Shown here one piece after another: positions 32,328 to 42,266 of a stretch of DNA of 64,000 nucleotides. Under the pieces are notes generated by a model. The model searched no databases and was not told the origin of the DNA. It saw only the letters and a program-made list of their open reading frames with translations. The stretch comes from Candidatus Latescibacterota bacterium. Its GTDB lineage: Bacteria; Latescibacterota; UBA2968; UBA8231. How positions within the stretch are numbered: position 1 is the stretch's first letter; the number at the start of each line of letters is the position of its first letter. Both the position numbers and the translations under genes were made by a program. Where the stretch lies: positions 3,648,001 through 3,712,000 of the forward strand of contig OZ242005.1 in assembly GCA_965204725.1 (NCBI GenBank), given 5' to 3'.

Positions 32328-33899
32328 TCAGCCACCCAGCGGCGCAATTCGCTCCAGCACCAAGCCTTCAGGCCGCACAAAGTCCTTGTAGCGGACCCGT
32401 ATTTCCGCCCCGTTGATGCTGCGGGCAAAACCCGCACGCGCCTCCAGCTTCTTCACCTCAATCTCAACCCGATTGGCGCCGCGCCTTATTTCCTCGGGCG
32501 CCAAGCGAAAGCGGAACCAATGCGCGGAAAAACCCAACGGGGCTTGCACCGCCATATTGCCGGCGAGCTGTAGGGGAATGGTCAGTGCCCGCTCGTCGCT
32601 GATCTCGGCTTCGGCGCGGGACAGGACCCGGCCGTTAAAGCGCGTTTCTATCTCGTCCTCAATGCAGAAAAAGGCAAAGCGCAGCGTCAGGATGGCCGGG
32701 CGCATCTCGCCATCGCGGCGGGCGCTCTCCACGTCGTCGGCCACCCAGATATCGAGCGCGACCGTTTCGCCTTCCAACAACTGTTCCGGCACTTGGCGCG
32801 CCGGCGTACAAGTCTCCTCCCCTATCGCCCCCTCGCGTGGCTGTAGCAGGTAGCGCTTGTCGCGCCGGGCGTGGGCTTGCGGATAGGCCATCTCGCGCAG
32901 GATCTGGTACTCGCGCTCGGCAAAGGGCCAAGGCATATAGCCCAGATACATCCCGGCGTAGCCCTGCCAAGCTAACGTCTGGCTGAGGGCGCGGTACATC
33001 TCAATGCTCGGCAATCCCACCCGCTCGTCGTAAATCCGCCGCGGCGGCCGATAATACGCCGCAGCACCCGCATGCTCGGCCACCTCGGCCAACCACGGCG
33101 TCCAAATGCCGGGGTCAACTAGCACATTCTCGTCTTGGCCGACGACCCAATCGAGGCTGCCGGCCCGGAGCCACGCCGCCACGTCCAGCCCCACTGCGAG
33201 GTTGGCTTCCTCTGTTAGTTTTACCCGCGCCATAAGCGGAATTTTGCGGCCCTGCCGCGCGCCGATTTCCTCGGCCAAGCGCCGCACCTTGGCCACGAAC
33301 TCAGTCATCAGGGGCGCGTTTTTTTGAATTTCATCCTGTTTGAAATAGAAGTTGTCAAAGCAAAAATCCAACTCCAATCCATCGGCTCGGTAGCCTTCCA
33401 ACACCTCGCCGATGATGGCCAGTTTGTCGTCCTGCACAGCCGCTTGCGCGTAGTCGTAGCACCACTCGGCCCGGCCCGCGTCGCCAATGCACACCGCAGC
33501 TCCGCGCTGCTCCTTGAGCCGCCCCGAGCGCTCGTGTCCCGGCCGGGAAGAGTCCTGTAGCTTTAGGCTGGGAAAGACCTTTAGCCCCGTAGCGCGGCCG
33601 CGCTCAATCACAGCCCGCAGTTGGTCTGTGCCCAGCTCTTGGGCCGCCTCGACCATCCGCATGATCCGCCAGTCAATGTAGTTTTCCCACACCTCCTTTC
33701 CCTGCCCTACCACGCGGCCAACCGCGCTCTGGTGAAAGAAGACGTCGCTATAACCCAATCCCAAAACCAGCAAATCCACGCCCGTGCCCAACACCTCATC
33801 TACCGGCCAGTGCAGGAGGTGGCGGCTAGCCGGTGGTTCGAGTCGCTTGGCGTGAAAGTGGTGCGCGTCGTTGTAGTGAATCAAACGGGGGCGGTCCAT
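32328..33899 (-). CDS. Hypothetical TIM-barrel protein (glycoside hydrolase-like)
   Basis: Long ORF; DGLELDF motif typical of GH10-like/GHL proteins. Confidence 0.65.
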   Translation of the reverse strand: MDRPRLIHYNDAHHFHAKRLEPPASRHLLHWPVDEVLGTGVDLLVLGLGYSDVFFHQSAVGRVVGQGKEVWENYIDWRIMRMVEAAQELGTDQLRAVIERGRATGLKVFPSLKLQDSSRPGHERSGRLKEQRGAAVCIGDAGRAEWCYDYAQAAVQDDKLAIIGEVLEGYRADGLELDFCFDNFYFKQDEIQKNAPLMTEFVAKVRRLAEEIGARQGRKIPLMARVKLTEEANLAVGLDVAAWLRAGSLDWVVGQDENVLVDPGIWTPWLAEVAEHAGAAAYYRPPRRIYDERVGLPSIEMYRALSQTLAWQGYAGMYLGYMPWPFAEREYQILREMAYPQAHARRDKRYLLQPREGAIGEETCTPARQVPEQLLEGETVALDIWVADDVESARRDGEMRPAILTLRFAFFCIEDEIETRFNGRVLSRAEAEISDERALTIPLQLAGNMAVQAPLGFSAHWFRFRLAPEEIRRGANRVEIEVKKLEARAGFARSINGAEIRVRYKDFVRPEGLVLERIAPLGG

Positions 33900-33912
33900 G
33901 GCTAGCTCCTAC

Positions 33913-35028
33913 TTAGTCTTTTTTGTGGGACAAAACCTGATCCATGTATTTTTCGCGGCCAAAGATCGGCTTCTTGTTGTACATCCGCGAGGGCTTGGGG
34001 ATGATGCGTAGGCTGCGGTCGGCCAGCGGCAAGGGCACGGGCGCACACCCCCGCCGGTGCGACTCGCGCACCGCAATGGCCATTTCGAGGACCTTGACGC
34101 CGTTCTCGCCGCTGCCGGGTGGGTCCTCGCCCCGCTCCAGCGCGTCGATAATGGCCTTGCAGCTTGCCACGTTGCGGTCCCCGGGCCACCGCCAGCCCTC
34201 GGCGTCGTACCCGCGCTCTGGGCCGTAGATTGGCCCCTCCGGCAAGACGCCCTCAATTTTTTCCAACTTCTCCCAGCTCGCTCCGTCGCCTTCGGCGTAC
34301 CGGTACAAGCCTACGAGGTTGTCGTCCGAGCGGAAGACCCCGTCCGCACAAGCCACCTCGTAGCCGCGGCCGCGCCCATCCTCGTCGCGGGCGATAAACG
34401 CCTCAATCCCATTGGTGAAGCGCACGTATCCGGCCCCGCCTTGGTCGTGGTCGCTCAGGGGATCGTCGCGGACCCAACCCGATACCCACGCCACCTCGGC
34501 GCATTCTGCGAAGTGGCGCATCAGGGTGAAACGCTGGCAGCCCCCACCCGACATCTCCGTGCCCGACCCCCCGAGCAGCGCGACGCGCTTGACCGGCCCC
34601 AACTCGCCCGCGCCGATGAACGCTAGGGCCTTTTGGTAGGCCGGCAGGTTCACGTCCAAGTCGCCGGCGCCAAAGGAGATGCGCCGGCGTTTGCACTCGG
34701 CGACCATCCGGTCGGCCTCTTCGAGGGAGGCCGCGATCGGCTTTTCGCAGAGAATGGCCTTAACCCCGGCTCGAGCGCAGGCGATGACGACCTCCGGGTT
34801 GGCCCGGACCGGCAAAATCGGCGCGGCAATATCGAGGGCCTCTTTTTCTAGCATCTGGCGATAGTCGGCATAACCGGGCACCCCAGTGCGTTTTTGAAAC
34901 AGCGCCAGATTCTCCGGGTCTCCATCCGCCACGGCCACCAACTCCGTGCGCTCATCGAGCATGTAAGCGCGGGCGTGCTGCGTCCCTTTGCGCCCAGCCC
35001 CGATCAACCCCACGCGATACTTAGCCAT
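33913..35028 (-). CDS. Gfo/Idh/MocA oxidoreductase
   Basis: GLIGAG, CEKP. Confidence 0.9.
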   Translation of the reverse strand: MAKYRVGLIGAGRKGTQHARAYMLDERTELVAVADGDPENLALFQKRTGVPGYADYRQMLEKEALDIAAPILPVRANPEVVIACARAGVKAILCEKPIAASLEEADRMVAECKRRRISFGAGDLDVNLPAYQKALAFIGAGELGPVKRVALLGGSGTEMSGGGCQRFTLMRHFAECAEVAWVSGWVRDDPLSDHDQGGAGYVRFTNGIEAFIARDEDGRGRGYEVACADGVFRSDDNLVGLYRYAEGDGASWEKLEKIEGVLPEGPIYGPERGYDAEGWRWPGDRNVASCKAIIDALERGEDPPGSGENGVKVLEMAIAVRESHRRGCAPVPLPLADRSLRIIPKPSRMYNKKPIFGREKYMDQVLSHKKD

Positions 35029-35040
35029 CCGAAACCCTCC

Positions 35041-36099
35041 TTAGATTTTTCGCCGCGTCGCCACGGCCGCGGCCAATTCCTCCAACACCTCCACCGTCGT
35101 CGCCCACCCGATGCAGGCATCGGTAATGCTCTGCCCATACACCAACTCACGGCCTGCCTGCTGTTTCTGGTTGCCCTCAATTAGGTGGCTCTCCAGCATG
35201 ACCCCGAAAACATCCCGCGCCCCTCCCGCCACCTGCGCGGCCACAGCGCGCACAACAGCCGGCTGACGCTTGTGATCTTTGGCACTGTTGCCGTGGCTGC
35301 AATCGATCATCACGCGAGGCGGCAAGCCCGCCTCTTTGAGTTGCGTCGCGGCCGCGCCGACGCTGATGGGATCGCAGTTGGGACCGTCGCTGCCGCCGCG
35401 CAAAATCAGATGACAGCTCGCATTGCCCGAAGTCCCGACAATCGCCGCAATGCCCTGCTTGGTCACCGAGAGAAAGTGATGCGGGTGCCGCGCCGCCCCG
35501 ATAGCGTCGAGGGCGATCTGCACATTGCCCGCGGTCCCGTTCTTGAAGCCAACGGGCATGGACAGACCCGAAGCCAACTCGCGGTGAACCTGACTTTCGG
35601 TCGTGCGAGCACCAATGGCACCCCAAGCGATCAAGTCGGCGATAAATTGCGGCGTGATGGTATCGAGGAATTCGGAACCGACCGGCAACCCCATATCCCC
35701 CAACTGCACCAACAAGCCGCGCGCGGCGCGCAAGCCGCTGTTTATATCGAAGCTGTCGTCCAAGTGCGGATCGTTGATCAATCCCTTCCAGCCGACGGTC
35801 GTGCGCGGCTTCTCAAAGTACACGCGCATCACCACGTGCAACTCGTCGCTTAGGGCCGTGGCCCTTTCCGTTAGCCGGGCCGCGTATTCAAGCGCGGCTT
35901 GGGGGTCGTGGATCGAACAGGGGCCGACCACCACCACGAGCCGGTCGTCCGCTCCGGCTAATAGGGCGTCCAAGGTGTGCCGGGCCGCGGCCACGGTGTG
36001 GGAGGCCTTTTCCGAGATGGGCAGCTCTTCCATGAGAATCGCCGGTGGTATCAGCGGTTTGAGTTGGGCAATACGCAGATCGTCGGTTGATTCAAACAA
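35041..36099 (-). CDS. aroG: DAHP synthase, class I-alpha
   Basis: GPCSIHD, KPRTTVGWKG, IGARTTESQ, DCSHGNS, SITDACI. Confidence 0.95.
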   Translation of the reverse strand: MFESTDDLRIAQLKPLIPPAILMEELPISEKASHTVAAARHTLDALLAGADDRLVVVVGPCSIHDPQAALEYAARLTERATALSDELHVVMRVYFEKPRTTVGWKGLINDPHLDDSFDINSGLRAARGLLVQLGDMGLPVGSEFLDTITPQFIADLIAWGAIGARTTESQVHRELASGLSMPVGFKNGTAGNVQIALDAIGAARHPHHFLSVTKQGIAAIVGTSGNASCHLILRGGSDGPNCDPISVGAAATQLKEAGLPPRVMIDCSHGNSAKDHKRQPAVVRAVAAQVAGGARDVFGVMLESHLIEGNQKQQAGRELVYGQSITDACIGWATTVEVLEELAAAVATRRKI

Positions 36100-36230
36100 G
36101 TCTTTTACTCCTTGAATGGTTATAAGTTTTATCGCCTAAATACGAATTGGCAAGCCGCGACGCCTTCTTGACACGCCCAAGCCCAACCCCGTATATAATT
36201 CGCTTTTTTACCCCGCCTCAGAGAGCGACC

Positions 36231-37232
36231 ATGGGAAACACGCCACCGGCCGAAGGCATCCGCATCCCAGCCGCGGCCTTGCGCCAATTCACCGCCGACC
36301 TCTTTCTCCAAGCCGGCACCCACCCGGCGGACGCCCGGCTCCTCGCCGACCTTTTGACCGCCACCGACCTGCGCGGCGTCCACAGCCACGGGACTTGGCA
36401 ACTCCCCGGATATGTGCGCCTGATGCTCCAAGGCCGCGTCAATCCCCGCCCTAATATAAAGGTGGTCAGCGCAACTACCACCACTCGCGTCTATGACGGC
36501 GACGGCGGCCTAGGCCACCTGCCCTGCCACCGCGCCATGGCTTGGGCCGCCAAAACGGCCGCCGAGTACGGCACGGCCGCGGCGACCACCCGCAACCACT
36601 TCCACTTCGGCAGCGCCGGCAAGTACTCGCGGATCGCCGCCGCGGCTGGCTGCATCGGGGTCGCCATCTCCTCGCACCGCTACGAGCTGCCGCCGGACTC
36701 GCTCGTCAAAGGCGTCAACGCCACTTCGCCGATTAGCATTGCCTTCCCCAACCGGGAGCAACCGCCCCTCGTGCTCGACATGGGGGCCTCAATGCTGCCT
36801 TGGGACGAAAACCTCTTCGCTCAGATCCCCTTTGCTTTTTTTAAGGAACTGGGCATCGGCGCGGTAAACCGGGCGCTGGGCGGCGTACTGGCCGGGATTT
36901 ACCTGCCGCAATTTATCCCGCCGACCTCGCCTTGGGAGTCCAATCAAGGCACCTTCCTCGCCGCCTTTGACGTGCGCGCTTTTATGCCGTTAGAAGAATT
37001 CCACGCGCAGATGGACGCGTTCGTCGTTACCGCGCGCAACATGCGGCCCTTCCCCGGCCTCAACCGCGCCGAGCTGCCCGGCAATCTGGAGTGGCAACGG
37101 GAGCGCGAGTACGCCCGCGACGGCGTGCCCATCAGCCCGCAACACCAGCAGAACCTTCAGGCCCTAGCCGACGAGCTAGGGGAGGCCACGCCCTTCGCCG
37201 CCTATGAACACACCCGCTTTACTTCCCCATAG
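36231..37232 (+). CDS. Ldh_2-family (malate/L-lactate/ureidoglycolate) oxidoreductase
   Basis: DLRGVHSHG, DGDGGLG, HFG motifs. Confidence 0.88.
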   Translation: MGNTPPAEGIRIPAAALRQFTADLFLQAGTHPADARLLADLLTATDLRGVHSHGTWQLPGYVRLMLQGRVNPRPNIKVVSATTTTRVYDGDGGLGHLPCHRAMAWAAKTAAEYGTAAATTRNHFHFGSAGKYSRIAAAAGCIGVAISSHRYELPPDSLVKGVNATSPISIAFPNREQPPLVLDMGASMLPWDENLFAQIPFAFFKELGIGAVNRALGGVLAGIYLPQFIPPTSPWESNQGTFLAAFDVRAFMPLEEFHAQMDAFVVTARNMRPFPGLNRAELPGNLEWQREREYARDGVPISPQHQQNLQALADELGEATPFAAYEHTRFTSP

Positions 37233-37246
37233 AAGAAGAGGAAGCC

Positions 37247-38260
37247 ATGGCTCAACCCCGCATCCTGTCCAGCGTCGAGATCGAGTTTCAGGGCCAAAGC
37301 CAAGCCCGTGCGCTTATGGAGCGCGCCGGCTTCGCCGTCGAGGTCCGGCATCCCCAACCCGGCTGGCCCGACGAGGAGACGCGCACCAAGCTGGCCGGCT
37401 TTGACGCCCTGCTGGCCGGCGGCGAAAACCTCAACGCCGACACCATGGGCCGAGCAGCCCAACTCAAGATCATCGCCCGCAACGGCGTCGGCTTCGACAA
37501 AGTTGATCTCGATTACTGCACCCAACGCGGCATCGTCGTCACCAATACCCCCGGTGCCATGGCCGACGCAGTGGCCGACCTGACCTTTGCCCTGCTCCTC
37601 GGGATGGTGCGCTCGCTCCGGTTAGGCGACCAGCGGGTCAAGGCGGAAGACACCTACGACGTTCCCGTTGGCGAAGACCTCGGCGTCATGACCTTGGGGC
37701 TGGTCGGCTGTGGGCGCATCGGCGCCGAAGTCGTGCGCCGCGCTCGCGGCTTCAAGATGCAGGTCTTGGTCCACGACCCCTATATCGACGACGCCCAAAT
37801 CCGCGCCCTCGGCGCCGAGCCGGCCGACCGCGCCGCGCTCCTGTCCCAAGCCGACGCCGTTACCTTGCACCTGCCGCTGACCGCGGAAAATCGCCAGCTC
37901 GTCAATGCCGAGTTCCTCGGCCTTATGAAAGAGGGGGCCTACCTGATCAACACTGCCCGCGGCGGTTTGGTTGACGAAGCCGCCCTGATCGCCGCCCTCG
38001 ACCGCGGCCATTTAGCCGGTGCCGGTCTCGACTGCCAAGCGAGTGAGCCGCCGCAAGGCCAATCCCTCGAACTGGTCAGCCGCGACAAGGTGCTGGCCCT
38101 GCCCCACACCGGCTCCAAGACCCTCAGCGCCCGCAAGCGCATGGCCCTCGTCGCCGCGCAGAGCATCGTCGCCCTGTTGCAGGGCAGAGTCCCCGATCAC
38201 GTGGTCAATAAAGAAGTGCTGGATAAATTGGATTTGACGGGCGAGCGGTCGGGAATGTAG
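37247..38260 (+). CDS. D-2-hydroxyacid dehydrogenase (SerA-like, no ACT)
   Basis: GVGFD, GCGRIG, INTARG, PHTG. Confidence 0.9.
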   Translation: MAQPRILSSVEIEFQGQSQARALMERAGFAVEVRHPQPGWPDEETRTKLAGFDALLAGGENLNADTMGRAAQLKIIARNGVGFDKVDLDYCTQRGIVVTNTPGAMADAVADLTFALLLGMVRSLRLGDQRVKAEDTYDVPVGEDLGVMTLGLVGCGRIGAEVVRRARGFKMQVLVHDPYIDDAQIRALGAEPADRAALLSQADAVTLHLPLTAENRQLVNAEFLGLMKEGAYLINTARGGLVDEAALIAALDRGHLAGAGLDCQASEPPQGQSLELVSRDKVLALPHTGSKTLSARKRMALVAAQSIVALLQGRVPDHVVNKEVLDKLDLTGERSGM

Positions 38261-38292
38261 AAGTATTGCCACGGCACTCTCCTCGTTCCAGA

Positions 38293-38320
38293 TTGACAAT
38301 ATACCATTTAATGGTATATA
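38293..38320 (+). promoter_or_regulatory. TA promoter with perfect palindromic operator
   Basis: TTGACA followed by ATATACCATT-T-AATGGTATAT; no RBS before ATG 38328 (possibly leaderless). Confidence 0.7.
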
Positions 38321-38327
38321 TCCTATT

Positions 38328-38594
38328 ATGCCATGGACAGTTTACCTGACTCGAAGAGCGTATAAGCAACTGTCAAAGCTACCGCAGAGGATCTGGGACT
38401 TGGCCGACCTTGCAGTGGCTGACATGGAGGAACAGGGTATTAACCCACAAGGCTGGGATACTCTAAAAACCGGCGATAACGAATATCGCTTGCGCCTAAA
38501 CTATCGTTATAGAATGCGCTATCGCGTCACGGACAGGCAGACCTTGGAAATCGAAGTGTTTTATATTGGGCACCGACGGGAGGCATACAGATGA
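38328..38594 (+). CDS. RelE/HigB-family toxin
   Basis: 88 aa; YRLRLNYRYR...YIGHRREAY RelE pattern. Confidence 0.85.
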   Translation: MPWTVYLTRRAYKQLSKLPQRIWDLADLAVADMEEQGINPQGWDTLKTGDNEYRLRLNYRYRMRYRVTDRQTLEIEVFYIGHRREAYR

Positions 38595-38962
38595 ACCAAG
38601 CATTGGAAATCCATCACGACCTAGCGGACGTAATCGTCAAGCCCAGTGTCACAGTGAACCAAAAACGGTTAAAAAAGATGATCTGCTCAACCCTAGATCA
38701 ATATCTGAACGAAGACCGTGTACCGGCAAAGGAAATCCACGATGAAGCCAGAGAACGCCACGGTGAGTACTATCGAAGCATCGGTTATTACCTCCGTCTG
38801 TATCGCCAGCGTGCAGACCTGACTCAAGCGGCTCTTGCCAAGCGGAGCGGCATCCGGCAGCACCATCTATCTGAAATGGAAAACAACAAACGAGTGTTGG
38901 GAAAAGTAAATGCCAAGAAATTGGCGGAGATACTAGACTGTGATTATCGGAAACTGCTATAG
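38591..38962 (+). CDS. XRE HTH antitoxin (HigA-like)
   Basis: LTQAALAKRSGIRQHHLSEMENNKR; overlaps toxin stop. Confidence 0.87.
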   Translation: MNQALEIHHDLADVIVKPSVTVNQKRLKKMICSTLDQYLNEDRVPAKEIHDEARERHGEYYRSIGYYLRLYRQRADLTQAALAKRSGIRQHHLSEMENNKRVLGKVNAKKLAEILDCDYRKLL

Positions 38963-39057
38963 GGTCCGAACCAGCCGCTTCCTCGGCTAGATGGTCGCAT
39001 GGCTGCGCTTCTCCCGGCCCTAAGACGACGATCTTCAGGGCCTCCCGTCGCAATAGG

Positions 39058-40131
39058 TTAGCGAACAGGTTGACGTTCAACTTCAGAGTTGGCCTGCTCG
39101 GCCTCGGTTGCTAGCAACTTGTCTCCGTACGCGCTAAGCCTAAGCCGGGTGGGGCTTGCCTCGCACAAGTTGGCTCCAGCCAAGAGCACTACGGACCTGA
39201 GAACATCATGCAACTCACCTTCAACCATATTTGGCAGATCTTCCCACCTAATTGATGTCTCTTGGTATAAAGCGTCGATTAACTGTTGAGCAGTCGGGTC
39301 CAGATACACCGCGGCTAAACGCTCTTGGTTCTGTCGCTCCAGCTTCTGCTCTCTGTCGCTCCCCTTCCGCCCCAACTCCGGCGGCATGAAAAACTCGTAC
39401 TGCTCCGGCGTTCCGTACCCCTCCATCTCGGTCAGCCGCACCCCCGTGCTGTTGAGTGCCGCCTCGACGATCTGCTTGTTGAAGGCGCTGACGTTCTCCT
39501 CGGCCAGATAATCGGCCACCGGCATCCACCGGCACTCGGCGATCTCGTCCTCTTGGATGCTAATCTCCGTGCTCAGGGGGCGCAGGCGGCAGACGAAGTA
39601 AATATCCGACTTGCCGAAGCGGTAGCCGTGCCAGTGGCGGAAGCAGACCAGCGCGTCGAACTCAGTATCGACCCCAGTTTCTTCAGCGACTTCGCGCACT
39701 ACGGCCTCGGCCAAGTGCTCGCCGGCGTGCAGCGCACCGCCGGGCAGCTTGTAGCGCGGCGGCCCGGGCGCGCGCCGGTGGTACTTCTCGCTGACCACCA
39801 ACAACTCCCGCGCCTCGTTGAGCACCACTCCGCCCGCGCCGATATAGTGCGAAGCGTGGGCTGGCACATAAGCACCTTCTTCGAGTTGCAAGGTCAGCAT
39901 TAGGTAGCCGTCGCTGCTGTGGTGGAATGCAAATCCAGCTTCCACTGCTACGGGGATCAACGCCGCCTTGGCAATGGCGACCTCCAGCCAGACGACTCGA
40001 TAGCCTTCGTCCTTCCAAGCCGCCAGCGAAACGCGCAGCCGCTCGGCAAACGCCGCCGGGTCGGGGTCGAGAGCCTCTGGCTTGGGAAGGATGCCGCCGA
40101 ATGGATTGGTCGTTGCCGCAATAGGTTTCAT
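39058..40131 (-). CDS. NUDIX hydrolase (NUDT6-like) with about 100-aa unrelated C-terminal extension
   Basis: GGALHAGEHLAEAVVREVAEETG Nudix box, FGKSDIYF. Confidence 0.85.
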   Translation of the reverse strand: MKPIAATTNPFGGILPKPEALDPDPAAFAERLRVSLAAWKDEGYRVVWLEVAIAKAALIPVAVEAGFAFHHSSDGYLMLTLQLEEGAYVPAHASHYIGAGGVVLNEARELLVVSEKYHRRAPGPPRYKLPGGALHAGEHLAEAVVREVAEETGVDTEFDALVCFRHWHGYRFGKSDIYFVCRLRPLSTEISIQEDEIAECRWMPVADYLAEENVSAFNKQIVEAALNSTGVRLTEMEGYGTPEQYEFFMPPELGRKGSDREQKLERQNQERLAAVYLDPTAQQLIDALYQETSIRWEDLPNMVEGELHDVLRSVVLLAGANLCEASPTRLRLSAYGDKLLATEAEQANSEVERQPVR

Positions 40132-40252
40132 ATCCCGCCTCCCTCAAGGCCGCTAGTGATAGCAAACCCCACTTGGCGTGTCAACCCGCCCTGCTTTGGC
40201 CCACTGCCGAGCCGTACCCTATACTATCCGGTGCAAAAACACGAGGACTGCC

Positions 40253-42115
40253 ATGCAGCGCACCCTGCACAGAAAGCTCATCGGCCCCAAGGCCCATCGC
40301 CAAGTTCTCGCCTTCCTCGGCGAGCACCTGCCCCACTTCACACCTCCCACTTCGGCCACCGCTTGGCGCGAGCAAGCTCCGGCCCTGCGCGCCCAAGTCC
40401 TCGACCTGTTCTTCCGCGGTCATCCCGTCGGCCTCCTCGCGGAACAGCCGCAAGTCCACTGGGGCGACCGCATCGAGACCGGGGCCGGCTACACCATTCG
40501 CAAGCTGCGCTACGAGGGCTACCCCGGCCTCTGGGTTCCGGCCCTGCTCTACGAGCCGGACCCGCTCGGGGAAAAGGCTCCGGCTGTTCTCAACCCCAAC
40601 GGCCACCACGCTGGCGGCAAGGCCATGGACTACAAACAGGCCCGCTGCATCAACCTCGCCAAGCGCGGAATGCTGGCCCTCAACACCGAATTTCTTGGGA
40701 TGGGAGAGCTACGCGCCGATGTCGAACACAATCGCATCGGCCACCTCGACCTGTGCGGCATCGCCGGCGTCGGCGTGTTCTATCTCCTGATGAAGCGCGG
40801 CCTCGATGTGCTGCTCGCCCACCCCAAGGCCGATCCCGAGCGCATAGGGATGACCGGCCTGTCGGGCGGCGGCTGGCAAACGGCTCTGCTCGCCGCTATC
40901 GACGAGCGAGTCAAAGTCATCGTGCCGGTCGCGGGTCATTCGGCTGTCTGGCAGCGCTGCGGCTGTATCGAGGACATTGGCGACCAAGAGCAATGCCCGG
41001 CCGACCTCTGCACAGTGGCCGATTACGACGCGCTCTCCGCGCTTTTCGCGCCGCGGCCTACTTTGCTCATGTACAACCGCCACGACGACTGCTGCTTCCA
41101 GACGCGGCGGGCGCGCAAATCCATCTACGAACCCATTCGACCGGTCTTCGCGCTTTTGGACGCCCGCGACAACATCGCTCTCTACGACAACACCGACCCC
41201 GGCACCCACAACTACGAGCGCGACAATCGCCGCCAACTCTACAAATTTCTCAACCGACACTGGGGATTAAAAACACCAGACGACGACCTGCCCTATCGCG
41301 ACGAATTGCAAACCGAAGAGGCCCTCGCTGTCGGCTTGCCCCTCGACAACGCCACCTTGCTCTCCATCGCACAGGCCGCTCTTTGCGAGATCAGGAAGCG
41401 CGAGCGAAAAGCGCGGCCGCCAGCCGCTGCCCGCCAAGCGCTCGCATCATTACTCAAGCTGCCACAGTGGAAAAACAGGTCCCTACAAGAAGCCGGCACC
41501 GCGCAAAAGCGCAAAGCCGGCACCATCCAACATTATCTATTGCACCTCGACGATACCTGGACCCTGCCGCTGACCGAATATACGCCGCCCCGCCCTCGGG
41601 GCCTTGAGCTGATCATCGCCGACGGCGGGCGAGGCTCGGTCGCCGACCCGCTGGCCACCGCCCTCGCGCAAAGCCGCCGGGTGCTCGTCGCCGATATTTT
41701 CTCTACCGGCGAACTCCGCACCGACCCGCGCCACCAGATGCTGGTCGCCACCGCCGGCCAGCGCCCGCTCGGCATCCAAGTCGGCCAAGTGCTCGCGCTG
41801 CTGGCGATAGCGAGCCAAAAGAGCCGTGTGGTACACCTGACGGCTCACGGCCGCGTCTGTCCGGTCGTCGCGCTGATCGCCGCCGCGCTAAAACCCCAAG
41901 CCCTCGCCTCCCTGACGACCAACACCTTGCTCGATTCCCTCGGTCGCCTCATCGACTGGCCCCTGCCCTACGACGCGGCCCCGTCCCTTTATTGCTTTGG
42001 CCTACTCGCCGAATTCGACATCCCCGACCTGATCGCGCTCTCGGCCCCCGTGCCCCTCGCCGACCCCCAGCGCGGGCCGCTGCTGACCGCCGCCGTGCCG
42101 AGTAGAGCGGTCTGA
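40253..42115 (+). CDS. Alpha/beta hydrolase (acetylxylan esterase-like)
   Basis: NGH, GLSGGG nucleophile elbow; stop codon lies inside the downstream MITE end. Confidence 0.8.
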   Translation: MQRTLHRKLIGPKAHRQVLAFLGEHLPHFTPPTSATAWREQAPALRAQVLDLFFRGHPVGLLAEQPQVHWGDRIETGAGYTIRKLRYEGYPGLWVPALLYEPDPLGEKAPAVLNPNGHHAGGKAMDYKQARCINLAKRGMLALNTEFLGMGELRADVEHNRIGHLDLCGIAGVGVFYLLMKRGLDVLLAHPKADPERIGMTGLSGGGWQTALLAAIDERVKVIVPVAGHSAVWQRCGCIEDIGDQEQCPADLCTVADYDALSALFAPRPTLLMYNRHDDCCFQTRRARKSIYEPIRPVFALLDARDNIALYDNTDPGTHNYERDNRRQLYKFLNRHWGLKTPDDDLPYRDELQTEEALAVGLPLDNATLLSIAQAALCEIRKRERKARPPAAARQALASLLKLPQWKNRSLQEAGTAQKRKAGTIQHYLLHLDDTWTLPLTEYTPPRPRGLELIIADGGRGSVADPLATALAQSRRVLVADIFSTGELRTDPRHQMLVATAGQRPLGIQVGQVLALLAIASQKSRVVHLTAHGRVCPVVALIAAALKPQALASLTTNTLLDSLGRLIDWPLPYDAAPSLYCFGLLAEFDIPDLIALSAPVPLADPQRGPLLTAAVPSRAV

Positions 42116-42238
42116 AAACCCACCTTGGGTCGTGTTGAACAAGCCGTAGAGACAGGATCCGTCATTCCCGCGAAAGCGGGAATCCAGCCGGGATCGTTTA
42201 GACGCAAAGGACGACCACCAGAGTTTTCAGACCGCTTC
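42105..42238. mobile_element. Longest MITE copy with TIRs and internal REP
   Basis: GAGCGGTCTGAAAAC...GTTTTCAGACCGCTTC. Confidence 0.75.
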
Positions 42239-42266
42239 TTAGAAATTGAAGGCCATCAGGAACCTG

